Both the position numbers and the translations under genes were made by a program. Positions 38,186 through 52,495 of a stretch of 64,000 bases of DNA are shown one piece after another. The stretch's first letter is position 1; every line of letters begins with the position of its first letter. Source of the stretch: the human T2T-CHM13v2.0 reference genome, Homo sapiens; NCBI RefSeq assembly GCF_009914755.1, contig NC_060940.1; one strand, given 5' to 3'. Under the pieces are notes generated by a model. The model saw only the letters and a program-made list of their open reading frames with translations. It had not been told where the DNA came from and made no database searches.

Positions 38186-39959
38186 AACTGAATTAAACAT
38201 AAAAAGGAGGGAGGGGTTTATGTTATCAGCCAATGGCAAGCACCACTGAAGTTTTTAACAAATATAAGACAAAAGGTTAAACCACACATCTGGCCCACAC
38301 CCAGCCCCCAGTTCCTAAAAAGCCTGGTCCATCTCTTCCTCTTCTTGCCACATCTCAAAGGCTATCTCTCTATGTGGATATAAATTATAGATTTAGGTTA
38401 TAGTTTCCCTTCCTCCTGGGGTTTCCTCTTTGATGGGACTGTCAAACTCTTGGGTGAGCTTTATTGTCAGTCACAGGGTCTGTCAGTTTTCCCATAGTAG
38501 TATTATTTCACTCATCCTTTAATGTGCCCATTGGTGGTGACAAATTTTCTAACATGCAACCACAGGCCATAAATGTAAAAATAAAGCAAAAGTCATTGAA
38601 TTGAAAAGCAGGAGACACTTTGCAAGGCTCCAACCAGTGAGCTTCCATTTCTTCTGCCTGATAATGACTCCCACACTTATGCCATTTCTTGAGAACTGTA
38701 ACCAGAAACCCATGTTTTGGGAGTCAATAGAATAGATCAGAGCAAAGACAAAGGCAAGAGAAGTGAGATTGGTCTTTGTTCTGGTGTTATCTGGTAGAAA
38801 GACCATAACACACAGCTAACCAATAAGGTACTTTGCAAAAATTAGAAAAAGGTGTCCCCTTCAAGCAGATAAGTTCTGAGAAAGTACCCCTCTGGAAAGA
38901 AGCAGACCATTGAGGTCTTGGCTTAATGAGTAGAAGATGAATTTGCATGTAAAACAAATATATCCCTTCTTCCAGAGAGCTGAGCAAGAGGAGGGCAGGC
39001 TGCTCTCAGTACCCTTTGGACCCGCTACCATGCATGGTGGCTTTGAAAAAGCCAGGCATTTGCTTCCTAAGAGCACACCTTGCAGAAGCAGCATCACCAT
39101 CATCACTACGATTTATCCAGCCTTTGCTCTATGGTAGATGCTGTGCAAGTGCTTTCGGTCTCATCCTGAAACAACTATTGATATAGATGCCACATAGATG
39201 ACAAAACAACAACTGAGAATCTTGATGCCTTGCCCTGAAACACACAGACTAGGAGTGGGAGAGCTGTAACTTACACCTGACCTTTCTAGCTCACATGTGG
39301 CCTCCTGTTCAGCGGAGAGGGACTTCTTGGAGAGGTGCCCTGAGAAAAACACATCCCTTAACCATGAGTTTTTAACAGTATCAGCTCTCATCGGGACATT
39401 ATTATGTTCTAGTTGTCTGCAACGATAATATATGTGACTGTTATTTTGTCTCATATCTCCAATAAAGGGGTCCCCTTCAGTTGGATTGGCCATACCTTCA
39501 GGTGGGATGCAACTGTGAGTCTGTGTACATGGCCCAGAAGCAAATGCAGCACAGTGGAGTGATTAAGACTCTGATATGATCCAGTTATTGCTGGACTGGA
39601 TCTCTGTTTCTTATTATCATATTTGCATGACCTTAGGCAAGATACTTGACTGCTCTGAGCCTTAGTTTCTTCCTCTTTAAATTGGGATGACTGTAGTTTG
39701 TTATAAAAATGCTGTAGATAATTCCCAGACTTGTAGGTAACACATATTATTAAACAGTAGAACTGTCGTGACCATTACCAGAAAGATTTTACAAACACCC
39801 TAAAATCATCATAGGATTCAGCTAGTGTTCTTAGCCTTCTAAGCTCACACCATTGTCTCATGCTAAACTTGTGGTCCACCAGAAACTTAAGTGCATATTT
39901 CTTATAATTATTTCCAAGATAGGTTTCTCCAGTTTAGAAATTGTATATACATATGCATC

Positions 39960-39960
<1 letters not shown>

Positions 39961-40006
<46 letters not shown>

Positions 40007-40017
40007 GTGTGTGTATA
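39961..40017. repeat. (AT)10(AC)13(GT)4 compound microsatellite
   Basis: Read directly. Confidence 0.95.
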
Positions 40018-40355
40018 ACATATGCTTATCCTTGATGTCATATTTACCCATGATTTTTATTTTAATTAGCTTTACCCCATGGGAAGAATTCAATGTCTTT
40101 TGTCTTCAACCTGGTTTGTTGGCAATTATTCTTAGCCTTTTTAAAATATTCAAAATCTCATAAGCATGCATTCTGCATCTTCACCAAAGTAATAACAACT
40201 GTATATGGTTTAGAAGGGCACTGACTACCTCTCCCTCAAGTGTCAACTAAAAAATATTAGATACGAAGCTTGAGTCAAGAACTGTCCTGGGTGCTGTTGA
40301 CTCTTCTACGTCCGGTGTCTTCCATGGCCTATGGTACAAAGTCACTCCAGAACAT

Positions 40356-40402
40356 TGGATGGATGGATGGGTGGAGAGACGGATGAGTGGATGGATGGAT
40401 GG
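40356..40402. repeat. Degenerate (TGGA)n
   Basis: Read directly. Confidence 0.8.
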
Positions 40403-40649
40403 TAAGGTTATTGAATAGAATAGAATTATATATTTATGTTTACCTTTGCCTAAAAGGCAACCATACAGTGTTTTGGTGAGGTTGATCAACCAGTTATATA
40501 TTTACCTAAGAGTTTGATCACTCAGCCCACGTTTTCCCATGGTATGCACAACTTGATCATGAGAAGGTTTTCACAGGCCTTCCTGAAATCATGATACTAT
40601 ATATTTGCCAGGCTCCTGGTTTATCAGTTACACAACAACAGACTTGAAG

Positions 40650-40891
40650 AAGAAAACCAGCTCACATCTGTGCACAAGGAGACACACAGTTGTTCATTAC
40701 TGCATTGTTTGAAAACCACTACGTTGGAAATTGCATAAATGTGCATCAATGGGTGAATGGCTAATAAAAACTTTAAAAATAAATATAAAACTGCAACTCA
40801 AAGGAATGAACGAAATATTATATAAATATATAACCCAATAATTTCTATAAAGATTATATGTGTGTGTATATAGATATATGTATTATATATA

Positions 40892-40963
<72 letters not shown>

Positions 40964-41340
40964 CCCAGAACAAGGAAGCCAATTTTAGGGCATATTCCAT
41001 ATAATACAATTTTTAAACAATTAATAAACATATACATAAAATATACCATATTATTCTCAGAAACAAATATATGCCTAAGATGATTCAAAATGGACATTGG
41101 TATTCTTGCGTGAGGATGAGAGTGGTTGTCATTGGTAAAAAGGTTGAAAGTCATAGAACAGGATATGATGGATCAAAGATCTTAAGCTTTATCTGTAATA
41201 TTTTATTTCTTTTAATAAAATAAAGACAAAGCAAATGTGACAAAGTGTTACCAGTTGGCAATTCCAGATGGTGGGTGTGCTGATTTTCATACTATTGTTC
41301 TTTGTGCTTTTCTGTGTTTTCTTAAAATTCCCAAAATATG
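40650..41340 (+). mobile_element. L1ME-like 3' end
   Basis: gtgcacaaggagac...gttcattactgcattgttt...tgtgcatcaatgggtgaatgg...aagcaaatgtgacaaagtgtta. Confidence 0.7.
40892..40959. repeat. (TG)7(TA)11(GA)16 compound microsatellite
   Basis: Read directly. Confidence 0.95.
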
Positions 41341-41477
41341 AAACTGAAGAAGGAAGGTAACCATCATTGGTTGCTGACTGTCAGCCCATTCATTCTATTT
41401 TTGCCCCCAGCTATTTTTTATTTGAAGATAAAAGACGTGACAGATACCCGTGAAACCTTTCTATCTACCTACCTAAT

Positions 41478-41895
41478 TTAGGATTAGACTTAGCTGCATG
41501 TAAAAGAAAAAAAAATCTCAAGAGTGAGACATTTCTTTTTATCACATAAAAGACATTCAGAGGTCTGTATAGGGCAGTCTGGAGACGTCATTTGGGACAA
41601 AATTCTACCATTCTCAGCACGTAGATTCTGCCCTCCAGGCCACTTCATGGCTCAAGGTGGCTGATTGGAGCTCCAGCCTTCACCTCTATATTCTAGACCA
41701 ACAGTACCCTCCCTTCCCAAAATTACCTCTGCTTACAGCTCATGGGCCAGAATTCATCACATGGCCATGTAACTGCAAGGGGGACAGAGAATATCATGTT
41801 TCATTAGGGCACATTACCCAAGGTTGTTTTTTTTTTTCCTTTAATTAAGGAAAAAGAGAAGAGTGTATATTAGGAAGTAACTAGCAGCCCTGCCA
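41478..41895 (-). mobile_element. MLT1J-like LTR
   Basis: caaggtggctgattggagctccagcc...gccagaattcatcacatggccatgtaactgcaaggg. Confidence 0.7.
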
Positions 41896-43009
41896 CAAAA
41901 ATGCCCTCATCCTCACTGCCCTCCCTCCCTTCTCAGAGGAAGGCACTCTCTTAGAGTTAGTATATAACCTTCTTGTCTATGTTTCTGTAATTAAATAACT
42001 ATGTTCCTATCCATTTAAAATACATGGTTTTATTGATCTTAAAGTTTTAATAAATTCTGCAATTATTGCTTTCTTGTTCCAGGAAACATGCTAAGTACTT
42101 CATGCTTATTATTTCATTGTGTCCTCAATAGATGGTAACAACTACCTATTTAATAGTTGCTTGCTTTTTTCACATTTTAGCAAATGTACCTTTTTCTAAT
42201 TTCTAAAGTTGATGTTCCCTCCTTGCCTTCTGGAGTGAGCACATCTCTTTAGCCTCCACCAGTTCCTAACTGCCTGAAATTTTCCCAGAAATCGTGGACT
42301 CCCCCTTTCCCTGCCCCTTCATGTCTTCCTGGATTTCTGACATCTGGCTTCTCCTGCCTGTGCATTAAGAGTTCCAAACCTCTCTGACTTAAGCCAACAG
42401 TGACTTTCAGTGTTGTGCATTCCCTATCCATCTTCATGATTTTTTAGCACCGAGATCGCATCAGCAAGAACCCTCAAAGCCCTGGGATGCAGTTCTTCTG
42501 GATCTCAAGTCTTGAACACATTAAATGATAAGCTCTTTACAGACTTTCTCTTCCCAATTATTAAGCAGCAATTACCCTTCACATCACCTTCTCCCATATC
42601 ACCTCTATAATTCCAACCACTCTCACCTAAAAAAGCTCACCTAAACCCACCACTTGTCTATCTGAGTCAAATCATTCCAAACCAAAGCTGCACATGCCTG
42701 AAATTAGGGATTAAAAAAAAAAAAGTACCAAGAGGATAAACACCTTCCTTCCTTTACTAGATCCAGGGTATTTTTCAACTGAATGCAGCCATTGCCACCC
42801 TATATTTGGCTTTTAGAGACAGACTGAAGTCTAACAAGATGCTCCTTATACTTGAATTCACAAGTACAAAATCATATGGATGACTTGTGCACCTTGCTGT
42901 CATTCTGTGCAGAGCTCCGCCTGTGCACTCCTTCCCTCACTTACCGAGTGCCTAGTTCATCCTCCACCTCTGTGGACACAGGAACGACTAAAAAGTCTCC
43001 CTTATGACC

Positions 43010-43270
43010 TAACGGCTTAGAGCATGGGTCCCATAATCCAATGTGAATGGGCTTCCACCCCAACTCTACCAGCTACTTCTTGTGTGGTTGTGAGTAAGTC
43101 ACCTACCTTCTCAGAACTTCTGTTTCTTCATCTATAGTAGAAGGATACTAATTCCTCCACCATAGGGATGATTTGAGGACAGCACTGACTAATAGCCATA
43201 AAGTACTTAGCTTGCTGCCTGGCACATAATGAAGACAAAAATGAACATTGACCAATACTAGCATCATCTG
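43010..43270 (+). mobile_element. MIR
   Basis: gagtaagtcacctaccttctcagaacttctgtttcttcatctat...gcctggcacataat. Confidence 0.7.
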
Positions 43271-43354
43271 CATCTCCACCATTTCCACCATCATCCTTAA
43301 TTGGTTGTGCAAATAAATCCACAAGTACAATTTAATCAGGTAAATTAATGGAAA

Positions 43355-45260
43355 TATTTTATTCTGGGGTTATTTTAAATGTACAGAAAAGTTGCACGAA
43401 CAGAACAAAGAACTTCCATACCCCCTCATGCTGATCCCCAGCTATTCACATTTCACTGCGTACACTCTATCTCCCTATGTATGTATCTGTGTGATGTCCC
43501 TTCAACCCTCAGTGCTCCATCATATCTGCCTCCCAAAGTACACCCTCCTGCATAACCACCATGCAAACCCACAAGTCAAGAAATGAGCACTGAAACAAAA
43601 CCCAGTGCATCAATACATTGATGCAATGTCCAATCTCCACACCCCGTTCAGGGTTTTTCTAGCCCTCCTACCTTTCCCTTCTTAAAAATACCTTCTGCAA
43701 CAGTGAGAAATCTTCATTAACCTCAGATCTGTCCAGCTGTCCTAGTGATGTCTCTTTTTCATATCTGGCCCAGGATTCCATCCAGTTACACCAATGGTTC
43801 TCATCTGGAGCTGACTTTGCACTCCCCTCTGACCCCACCCATGGTACATTTGGTAATGTCTGGAGACATTTGATCACACAAGTGGGAATTGGTATTGACA
43901 TCTAGGGCTTAGACACCAGAGATGATGCCAGACACCGTGCAGTGTGCAAGACAGACCCCAAGAATTATCCAGTCAAAAATCTTGAAAGAGCTAAAGTGCA
44001 GAAACCCCGAGTTACACATTGCATTTAATTGTCACATCTTTGCAGTCTGCCCCAGTTTGGAGCATTTCCTCAGTCTTTCCCTGACTTTCATCGTCCCAAC
44101 AGTTTGGAAGAATGCAGCCCTACATTCTGCAGTGTGATGCTCAACGTGGTCCATCTGATGTTTCCTCGGGACCAGTTTCAGGTCATACATTCTGGGGAGA
44201 AAAACCACAGAAATGATGCCATGTTATCAGTGTTCCACCTGCTGGGGCACACACAACCAACCCTGCCCAAGGCTCAGGAATGTTAGCCTCTTTCACCTGG
44301 TCATGTCAACATCCTCAGGTTTCCCCCCAAAAAAGTCACCATTTTCCCCTTTATAATCAAATTTGCAGCAAGATATTCCAGATCATCGATCTTGTGATAT
44401 GCTGCTCTCATGAGACCTCAACTCACAAGCCTTGACTCACCTGCCAGTTCTTAGCTGAGCATCTGCCCTGATGGTGTGGAGTGATTTCCTTTTTCCATGG
44501 CTCCTTGTACATTTATGGTTGGCATTCTACTGCAAGGAAGACTGTTTCCTCTTCTCCCATTAATATATTCATTCATTTATTTTTTATATCAGAATGGACT
44601 CATGTGGTTTTAATTCTTTGGATTGTTTTCTGTTGCTGTCTTTCTTTTTTAATGCTGTGCTTAAATTGTGTCATATTTGGCCAGGGGGAGCCTGGGGCTT
44701 TTGATAATTCCTCATTTATTTTTACCGCTTACTTTCTTATACAATGAGATATTCTGAACTCATGTTGTACCTTCCTGCCCAACCCTGGATTGAGTGACTT
44801 CCTCAAGGAACCTTGGTTTCTTTTCATGGAGGGTGGTCTTTAGAAATCAGTGTCTGGGTATTTGGTGAGGTTGTGGCTGCTGGAGTGTCACTGCTGCTAG
44901 GTCCTTTCAGCAGACAGAGCAATGATACAGACACACACATATACATACACATATACATCCACACAAATATACGTACATATATATGGGTGTATACATATAT
45001 ACACATGGGTACATCTATATGTACTCATTTATACATGCTTGCACATATGTCTACAACTACTGTATCTCTCTGCATTGTTCATACGTTAAATTTAAAACAC
45101 AAGTTCAAACTGATATCTCCAATTCCAATCTAATATCTAAGGGTTTTTCTAGCCCTCCTACCTTTCGTGTTTATCAATACCTTCTGCAACACTGAGAAAC
45201 CTATTATTATTCTCAATATATCTACTAATTGATTTGATGAAATCACATGATGTAACCAGC
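43355..45260 (-). mobile_element. L1MC-like 3' region interrupted by MER20
   Basis: acagaaaagttgca...ctcctgcataaccac...cattgcatttaattgtcacatc...ctcaaggaaccttggtttc...caagttcaaactgatatctccaattcc. Confidence 0.8.
43792..44009 (+). mobile_element. MER20 with an intact 8-bp TSD
   Basis: Ends caatggttctc...gaaaccccg; agttacac at 43784-43791 and 44010-44017. Confidence 0.88.
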
Positions 45261-46929
45261 CTCTCAACCATGCCAGCCATCTCTGCTGACTGCCACCTCT
45301 GCCTGACTTCCCAGAGCCCCATATCCCAGGCTACCAGCAGGCACTGGTCCTTCCTTTCTTCCCTCCAAGTCCCCCAGGCCAGTGAAAGAAGGAAATAGAC
45401 TACCGAGGCGAATTTATGGACAGAACAATAGGGTCAAGGGTTAAGCCAAGAGGCTTATTACAAGAGGTAATGCAAAGAGGCTTTCTGCAGGAATCAACAC
45501 CTTGAGCTGCCCCAAGGGCATAGAAGCATCAGCAAGGTTAACACCCTGTGGGAACACGAGCAGAAGGAATGGTTCTGCCAAAGGCATGGAGGAAGAGAGC
45601 CTGGTCACTCTGGCACTTGCATGTGGGTCAGCAGCATGGGATCCGAGGGTATGGAGAGGGGAGAGTGGTGAAGAGGAGGCTAGACAGGTGTGCAGGGCCA
45701 CATGGCAAAAGGCCTCACGTGGATCAATGTGGACTAATGATGAATCTTTCCTGTCTCACTCTTCAGGCATGCGCTTGGCTTTTGGATTCTTTAAGTACTC
45801 TCAGATAAATCCACCTGTCCTTTCCAAAGTCATTTCCATCTATTATATACAAGTCTCATGAGTTGTCGTGTGTAACATGGTATGTCCAACTTCTAGGAAA
45901 GTATTTTGTACATAGTATATGCTCAGTAAGTATTTTAAGGCACCAATGTATATTTTTATCTCAAATAAGCTCTCCTGGCCCTCTTTCAAACAAAGATGGT
46001 TGGCAAACAGCAGCCAGCTCCCAGCACAGGTGGCCCCTACTGTCTCTACATTTGTATGGAAAATGTAATGGGTCATGAAATTGCATGCATTAGCATGCGG
46101 ATGCTTAGACATATATATTTTTTGCAAACATTTCATCCTATAAAAGTAAGGGACCAAAGTATAAAATTCTTTAGAGGCATCAGCTGGAGGTAGTAGTCAA
46201 TGAGAGAGAATCATTGTTTCCATTAAATAGTACCAGTTTTTGTAAGGCAAGTAAGATCTTCATGTTAATTCTAAGAAACTGTATGCCTCATTAGGCAGCT
46301 AAGGCATATTATGATTTGGATGCAGAATAACCCCAGTGATAAATGAATCTCCCAGCAGAATAGCTTCCAGATTATAATTTCTTTCTTTGCAAGATTGCTA
46401 TAGGCAAGGTGGCCTGATCACTTTTCAGAGGCCCATCTTAATAGTCAGAGTAAGCTCAGCTATGCTGTAGTAACAAGAAAATCCCATAATCTCAGTGTCT
46501 TAATAAATTAAAATAACTTATTTATAACAAAATGTCTAATGCAAATAGGGCTCCTTCATCTTGTAGTTACTCTAGAACATGGGGTCTCTATGGTCACCTA
46601 TGGCATGGGAAAAGGGATTGAGGTGACATTCAGCTCTTTGCTCAGCCCAAGAATGAAACTCATCACATCTGTTTTCAGTCCAGTGACCAATACTAGTCAT
46701 GTGGCCCCAGCATAACTACAGGAGCGGCTGGAGAATATATGGGAACCTCCTCACATTCACCAAATGGAATCTTTGGTGAATTCTAAAGATTCCCGGCATG
46801 TCCCACTATCTCCTTTTGGGGCTGAGAAAATGAAAGAAAAAACTGACAGGCCAATGTACTGACTGCTCTCTCACCTGGGTCTGATCCCATCTGAAGCTAC
46901 TTTGGGTGGTTATCACAATGTAGTTTATT

Positions 46930-47150
46930 ATAGTGCTATGGAATATGAACTATGACCATAGCCAGCCCTATATTCTAGAACCAGCATCTCCATTTGTAGC
47001 TATGGGTGCTTGGACAAACACTTCAATGTTCTCCATCTCAGTTTCCTCATCTGAAAATAGAGTAAACAACAGTACCCACCTCATAGGGTTGTGTGGATTA
47101 AGTAGTTAGAAACATGTCGCTGTTGAGGAAACATGAGCTGCTGTTGTATT
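46930..47150 (+). mobile_element. MIR
   Basis: ctcagtttcctcatctgaaaatagag...acctcatagggttgtgtggattaa. Confidence 0.8.
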
Positions 47151-47679
47151 TGAAATGGTGCTGAATTCAGAATCCCATGGAAATCTTCACTATGACAAGA
47201 ATTAACCAGCCCAGAGCCACATGGAGAAAAGATGTGTGGCCATGATCTCTTGACCGAATCCAGCATCAGAATCCACCAGACAAAACCAGCATCAGGACAT
47301 TGGCCACAAAGGGATAGGCGTCCCAGGATGCTGGAATGTTGGGGGCAGCGCTATTATTAGAGACAGCTGGTCACTGACCCAGCTTTCTTTCCATGGCTCA
47401 AGCTGAGACTTGATAGTAAAAACTGCCTTAAATGGAAGCAACTATATTTTTGATGTATGCTCTTCTAGGATGATACTAAAAGCCATATATAAAAGAGGTG
47501 TTGGTTCAAAATAAGTGGGATTTTTCAGTTCCACCTATACCCGGATAGTATTACCCACCCTACTTGAGGACTCTAGGAGGCAGGTAAGCTACAGTGAAAT
47601 GTGCTACCCTTGCTAGTTGTGGTCACTTCATTTAAGGTAAGAGGTTGTATCTTCATTTAACTTGATGAGGAATTTTCCA

Positions 47680-48140
47680 TCATACAATTAGTTTTGACTG
47701 CAAGTATAAGAAAATCTAACCATGGTGGCTTAAACAGTTTGGGGGATGTTTGTTGGCTGCTGGTATTGATTCAACATCATGATGATGTCAGGGGTGTCCC
47801 CACTGTGATTCTCTTAGCCTTTTCTGCAAGACAGCTGCCTCTGCTCTAGTCATCACTTCTGTATTTAAGGAAGAGATAAGGGGAAGAAGTAAGGTCCACC
47901 CCACCTTTTCCATTGCATCTAGAAAGCCAAAGTTTCCCTGAAACATCATCTTTAGCTCCCTGCTGCAAGAGACTTTCGCCTACATTTTCTTAGCCAGAAT
48001 TGTGTTATATGCCCATCCTTAGTGACAAGGGAAGTTTGGAAAATTAAATACTTGTGTTCATAGACTCTATTATAGAGGCAGGGGAGGAAAACAGGGGCCA
48101 GAAATGAGTGTTAGGTCAACCAAGTTACAATGTCTGCCCC
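47680..48140 (-). mobile_element. MLT1 (J/K-like) LTR
   Basis: gactgcaagt...gtggcttaaac...gcaagacagctgcc...gccagaattgtgttatatgccc. Confidence 0.65.
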
Positions 48141-49162
48141 AGGAACTTATCCAAGAATAGTATATGTGAGAAGGAGGAGGAGGAGGCAAGGTACCCATTC
48201 TTATGCTCACTTGAGATGCCATATTTGATCCTCCCTAGCATTCCTCAACTTAAGGGCTGTTCTTTCTTCTGCAGGAAGAAGGCTTAAGATGTGAACTGGA
48301 AAGTTCTTATTCTCCACTGAGAACTAATTGCCTGCAGCAGGTTTCGGCTCACTTCTAGTTGTTTACTATTTTCCAAGTCACTGTGATTCCAGAAGGTATT
48401 GGGCCTCAGTGGAGCTCAAAATGGATATTAGCTCTTGGGTGTGTTTCATCGATTTGGGCACAGGAGGGAAATTATACACAGAGGATTGTCATCCTGGACA
48501 GTTAAAAATTTAAAGTAAATGAACTGAACAAACCTTCTCCCTTAAATAGTGCTCAGAAATCAAAGAACTGAAAAAATGTAAATGGGATTCATTAAGAGCT
48601 ACAAAATTATCTTCTTGTGTTGCTTTGATAAGTTTTTCTTGCAAATCTCTAGAAGTTTAGCTCAGGGCAAGTCTTGGACATGGTTGAGAATGTCTGCCTT
48701 ATGAATGGCGAAGTGGACAATGGGGACCAGTGAGAAGAGGCTCTTAATATGTGACCATCTTAGGATGCCACTGGCTCCTACAGCAGTCCCCCTGGCACTT
48801 TCCCCTTGCTGTCTCTTTCTTTGCCTTGGTTTGCAGTGTTTACACAGCATGTCCAAGTGCTAGTTTGAGTTAATTTTCATTATGCTCATTTTAACACAAA
48901 GGACTTGAGTATTCAAGAATTTCTGTAGTGCTGGGTTTTTACTTTCTCTGTTGGCAAGAATTACCTTTGGTTAACCTTTGTCTTATAGACTCATTGGGTT
49001 TCAGTTATCAGGACTGGGGTAAAAGACCTCCTAGACATGACACCTACTCTGACAGAGACCAAGAATCCGGCATTGACACCCTGAGGCTGTACTTGGCTGG
49101 CAGGTTTTTTATTGTTGTTTGGACTGTGCAATGTTTTATAATATTTAAGAATCACATTTCTG

Positions 49163-49446
49163 GGCTAGGCATGGTGGCTTATGGCTGTGATCTCAGCACT
49201 TTGGGAGGCAAAAGCAGGCTTAAGTCCAGGAGTTGGAGACCAGCCTGGGCAACATGGAATAACCCTCTCTCTGGAAAAAAAAAAAAAAAAAAATGTTAGC
49301 CAGGCATGGTGGTAATGCCTGTAGTCCCAACTACTTGGGAGGCTGAGGTGGGAGGATCGCTTGGGCCCAGAAAGTCGAGGCTACTTTGAGTCGTGATTGT
49401 ACCACTGCACTCCAGCTTGGCCAACAGTAAGATCCTGTCTCAAAAA
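49163..49446 (+). mobile_element. AluJ
   Basis: ggaggatcgcttgggcccag; TSD aatcacatttctg at 49150-49162 and 49447-49459. Confidence 0.92.
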
Positions 49447-49779
49447 AATCACATTTCTGGCTTTTTTTGATCAACGAGATTTGATGATATTGGACAAGTG
49501 TTTGGAGGTGGCACCATGGGCAGGAGCTGAGGAGCAGCTGCCTGTTTGGATCATGGCAGCTACAGTCCTCACCACACCCTATTGCCTTGCACTCTTCCCA
49601 TGATGCTGATTTACCAATCTCTGCATGGCCACTTTAGGCCCTGCGTTGGTGTACCCCATCCAGATTGTCTCCATTGTAAAGCCATATAGTTCCAAGGGCA
49701 CAGCAGGTGTGTGTGGTATGCTGAGAGTCCCCTTCTATCTCTCCACCACCCTCTCCATACTTGCTCCCCAGGATGGCTA

Positions 49780-50800
49780 TGGATACAGCTACATTAGCCT
49801 CACCTGGGTGCTTCTTAGAAATTCAGAATCTAAAGCTCAGCCCAGACCTACTGAATCAGAATCTGCCGTTTAATAAGATCCACAGGTGATCTGTGTGCTC
49901 ATAAGGTGGGAGAAGCGTTGGTCTAAAGCACAATTTTCAAACTTGGCTGATGATAGGAATGACCAGGGCGCTTGTGAAAAACCCATTCCCAGGCACCACC
50001 CTAAAACCAGTCAGAGCCGACAGGGAAGGGCTCTGAGAATCCACAGGCTTAACATGTGCCCCAGTGATTCTAAGACAATGGTCAATTAAAAAGACTTGGC
50101 TTGAAGACTTAGTTCTCAAACGGGTATGCATCAGAATCACTCAGATTGCTTTTCATTTTTTAATTAAAGAAACATAATTTACAAAAATCACATTATTGTA
50201 AGAATTTTAAAAAGTCAGATATGCAAAATATAAAACCATAAAATTGCCATAGTTGTTATTTTAGCGTATCTTAACGTTTTAGTGTATAAGCATTTTTTTA
50301 GGTGTTTGTGTGTGTATATTTTTTACCAAAATGAGATCGTACCATAACGTTATTTTCAAATCTGATTTTCTCAGTTAACAATCTCTATCTTTCTATAAGA
50401 ATAATTTTCCCATTTGACCCCGAATTCCAATTTACACTGAATTGTTCTGTCTAAACTAGGAGCCAATCCAGATGGATCTGGTTATTCCATCCTTTATGTT
50501 TTTTATAAACAAGCACATTCTTCTCCTCCTCAATCCCTTTATTTTATTCTCCACATAATGCTGCCTTATTGATGGACTGGACCATTTATTCTGCAGATAG
50601 TCCCACCTTTTAGACTTATCTGGTCACTTCCTTATGGGGTCACATAGCTTGTTGCTGTGTCCTGGGGTGCCTTTGTTTATTCTCTTTAATGCATTTTCCA
50701 AGACTCCCCTCAAACTCCAATGAATTAAAGTTTTCAGAGTTTGGGGCCTGGGAATCTGAACTGGTTCCACTTTGCCAGGTGAGTCTGAGTTTGAGAGGAA
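49780..50800. mobile_element. Cluster of MER5A-type elements, the last split by an old antisense L1 (about 50150-50690)
   Basis: cccagacctactgaatcagaatctgc...taagatccacaggtgat; tgcatcagaatcac; ggggcctgggaatctg. Confidence 0.65.
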
Positions 50801-52190
50801 AGGTGTCCTAGATCATTCAGCAGCAGCAGAAGAGTTGGCCCTTAAATCTACGAAGAACATTGCCCTGTGCATCTGCATGCAGACAGGGTCTGATAACATC
50901 AAAGCTGGGAGTCTCTCCAATGCTTTAACTAATGGGATCTGAGCTCGGCTGTTTATTTATAGTCATTCAGTGATAAGAAAGTCAACTTGGTTGGAAGGAG
51001 CTTCTGTCCTAGGCTTGCAGCTGGGGCCTTAGCTATCCTTGTAATTTTCCCAGAAAAAAAAATGCACATCTCTTTGAGTCCTGGGCCATGTGTAAATCAG
51101 TGGTAATACAAGAAACCTGGAGCACCCCAGAAAATCTTCAGACCCTGAGTTTGGAGCTGAGGAACTCAGAAACACTCAAGTTTCATCGAAGCCCCTTCAT
51201 ACAGCTTTGAATGGATACATTATGGGGTCTGTGGCTCAGAGGTACCAGTGCTCAGAGCAGTATCTGCTTTCCTAGTATGGCCTGTGGGCAGTGGTCTCAG
51301 CATGCAGCATCACTGAACGGAACCCTGCATATGCCATAATTTACATAGATACTATGGAGGTGGAACCATGTATGGTTAAGTCCCGGGGCCCTGGAGCAGT
51401 AGATCTTAACGTTATTGGACACAGTATCCCATTTCTATTTACAAATACTTTTTTTTTTTTTCCATGAGAACAACCACAGGGACTTTTAACTTGCCTAAAG
51501 ATAATGTGTGATTTTGAGATGTGATTAGGGATTATCATTCCCACAGTGATCCTACTATCAACAGGAACTGCTGTTTCTATTATCAACAAGAATATGCCTC
51601 CAAGCCAGGAGTCCTGCTGATCCCACTGTCTCCCCACCCCAACAGCCATGGCCCGAGATCAGATTGTCTCCATGGATTCTAGTGCTCAGGGAAGTTAAGA
51701 AAACTCAATTCACGGTGCTCAGTTCAACCTTAGACATGCATCAGAATCACTCACATTGCTTTTTAATTTTTTAATTAAATAAAAATATTTATTCAGCCGA
51801 GGTAGCTGAAGCAGGAGAAGGAAGAGCCTCAACTCAGGGGAAGATTTGCTGTCACCCCCTGACACTGAGCAGAGGCCAGTCAAATCCACTGGAGCTGACC
51901 TCTTTGATGTCAGGCTCAGCAGAGGCCTGGCTCTTAGCAGGCCAGCTTCCTGTGCTTGGGATTGCTTGTCTTAGCTTTCAGAGGATTTAATTGCTGATTC
52001 AAACCATACAAAGTACAACGAACAGTATCTACTGGTGGGTTGAACAAATGGGTTCCAATGACTCAGGCCCGAGTGACCTCTGCTGCCTCTAACCTCCTTC
52101 ACCATCTGCTGCCCAGGGGGTCCTGAGAGGCCAATAAGTATCTGCCAAGATGCTCTTTAGTATCCTTCTGTGACATTCATAAGATGTTAA

Positions 52191-52495
<305 letters not shown>

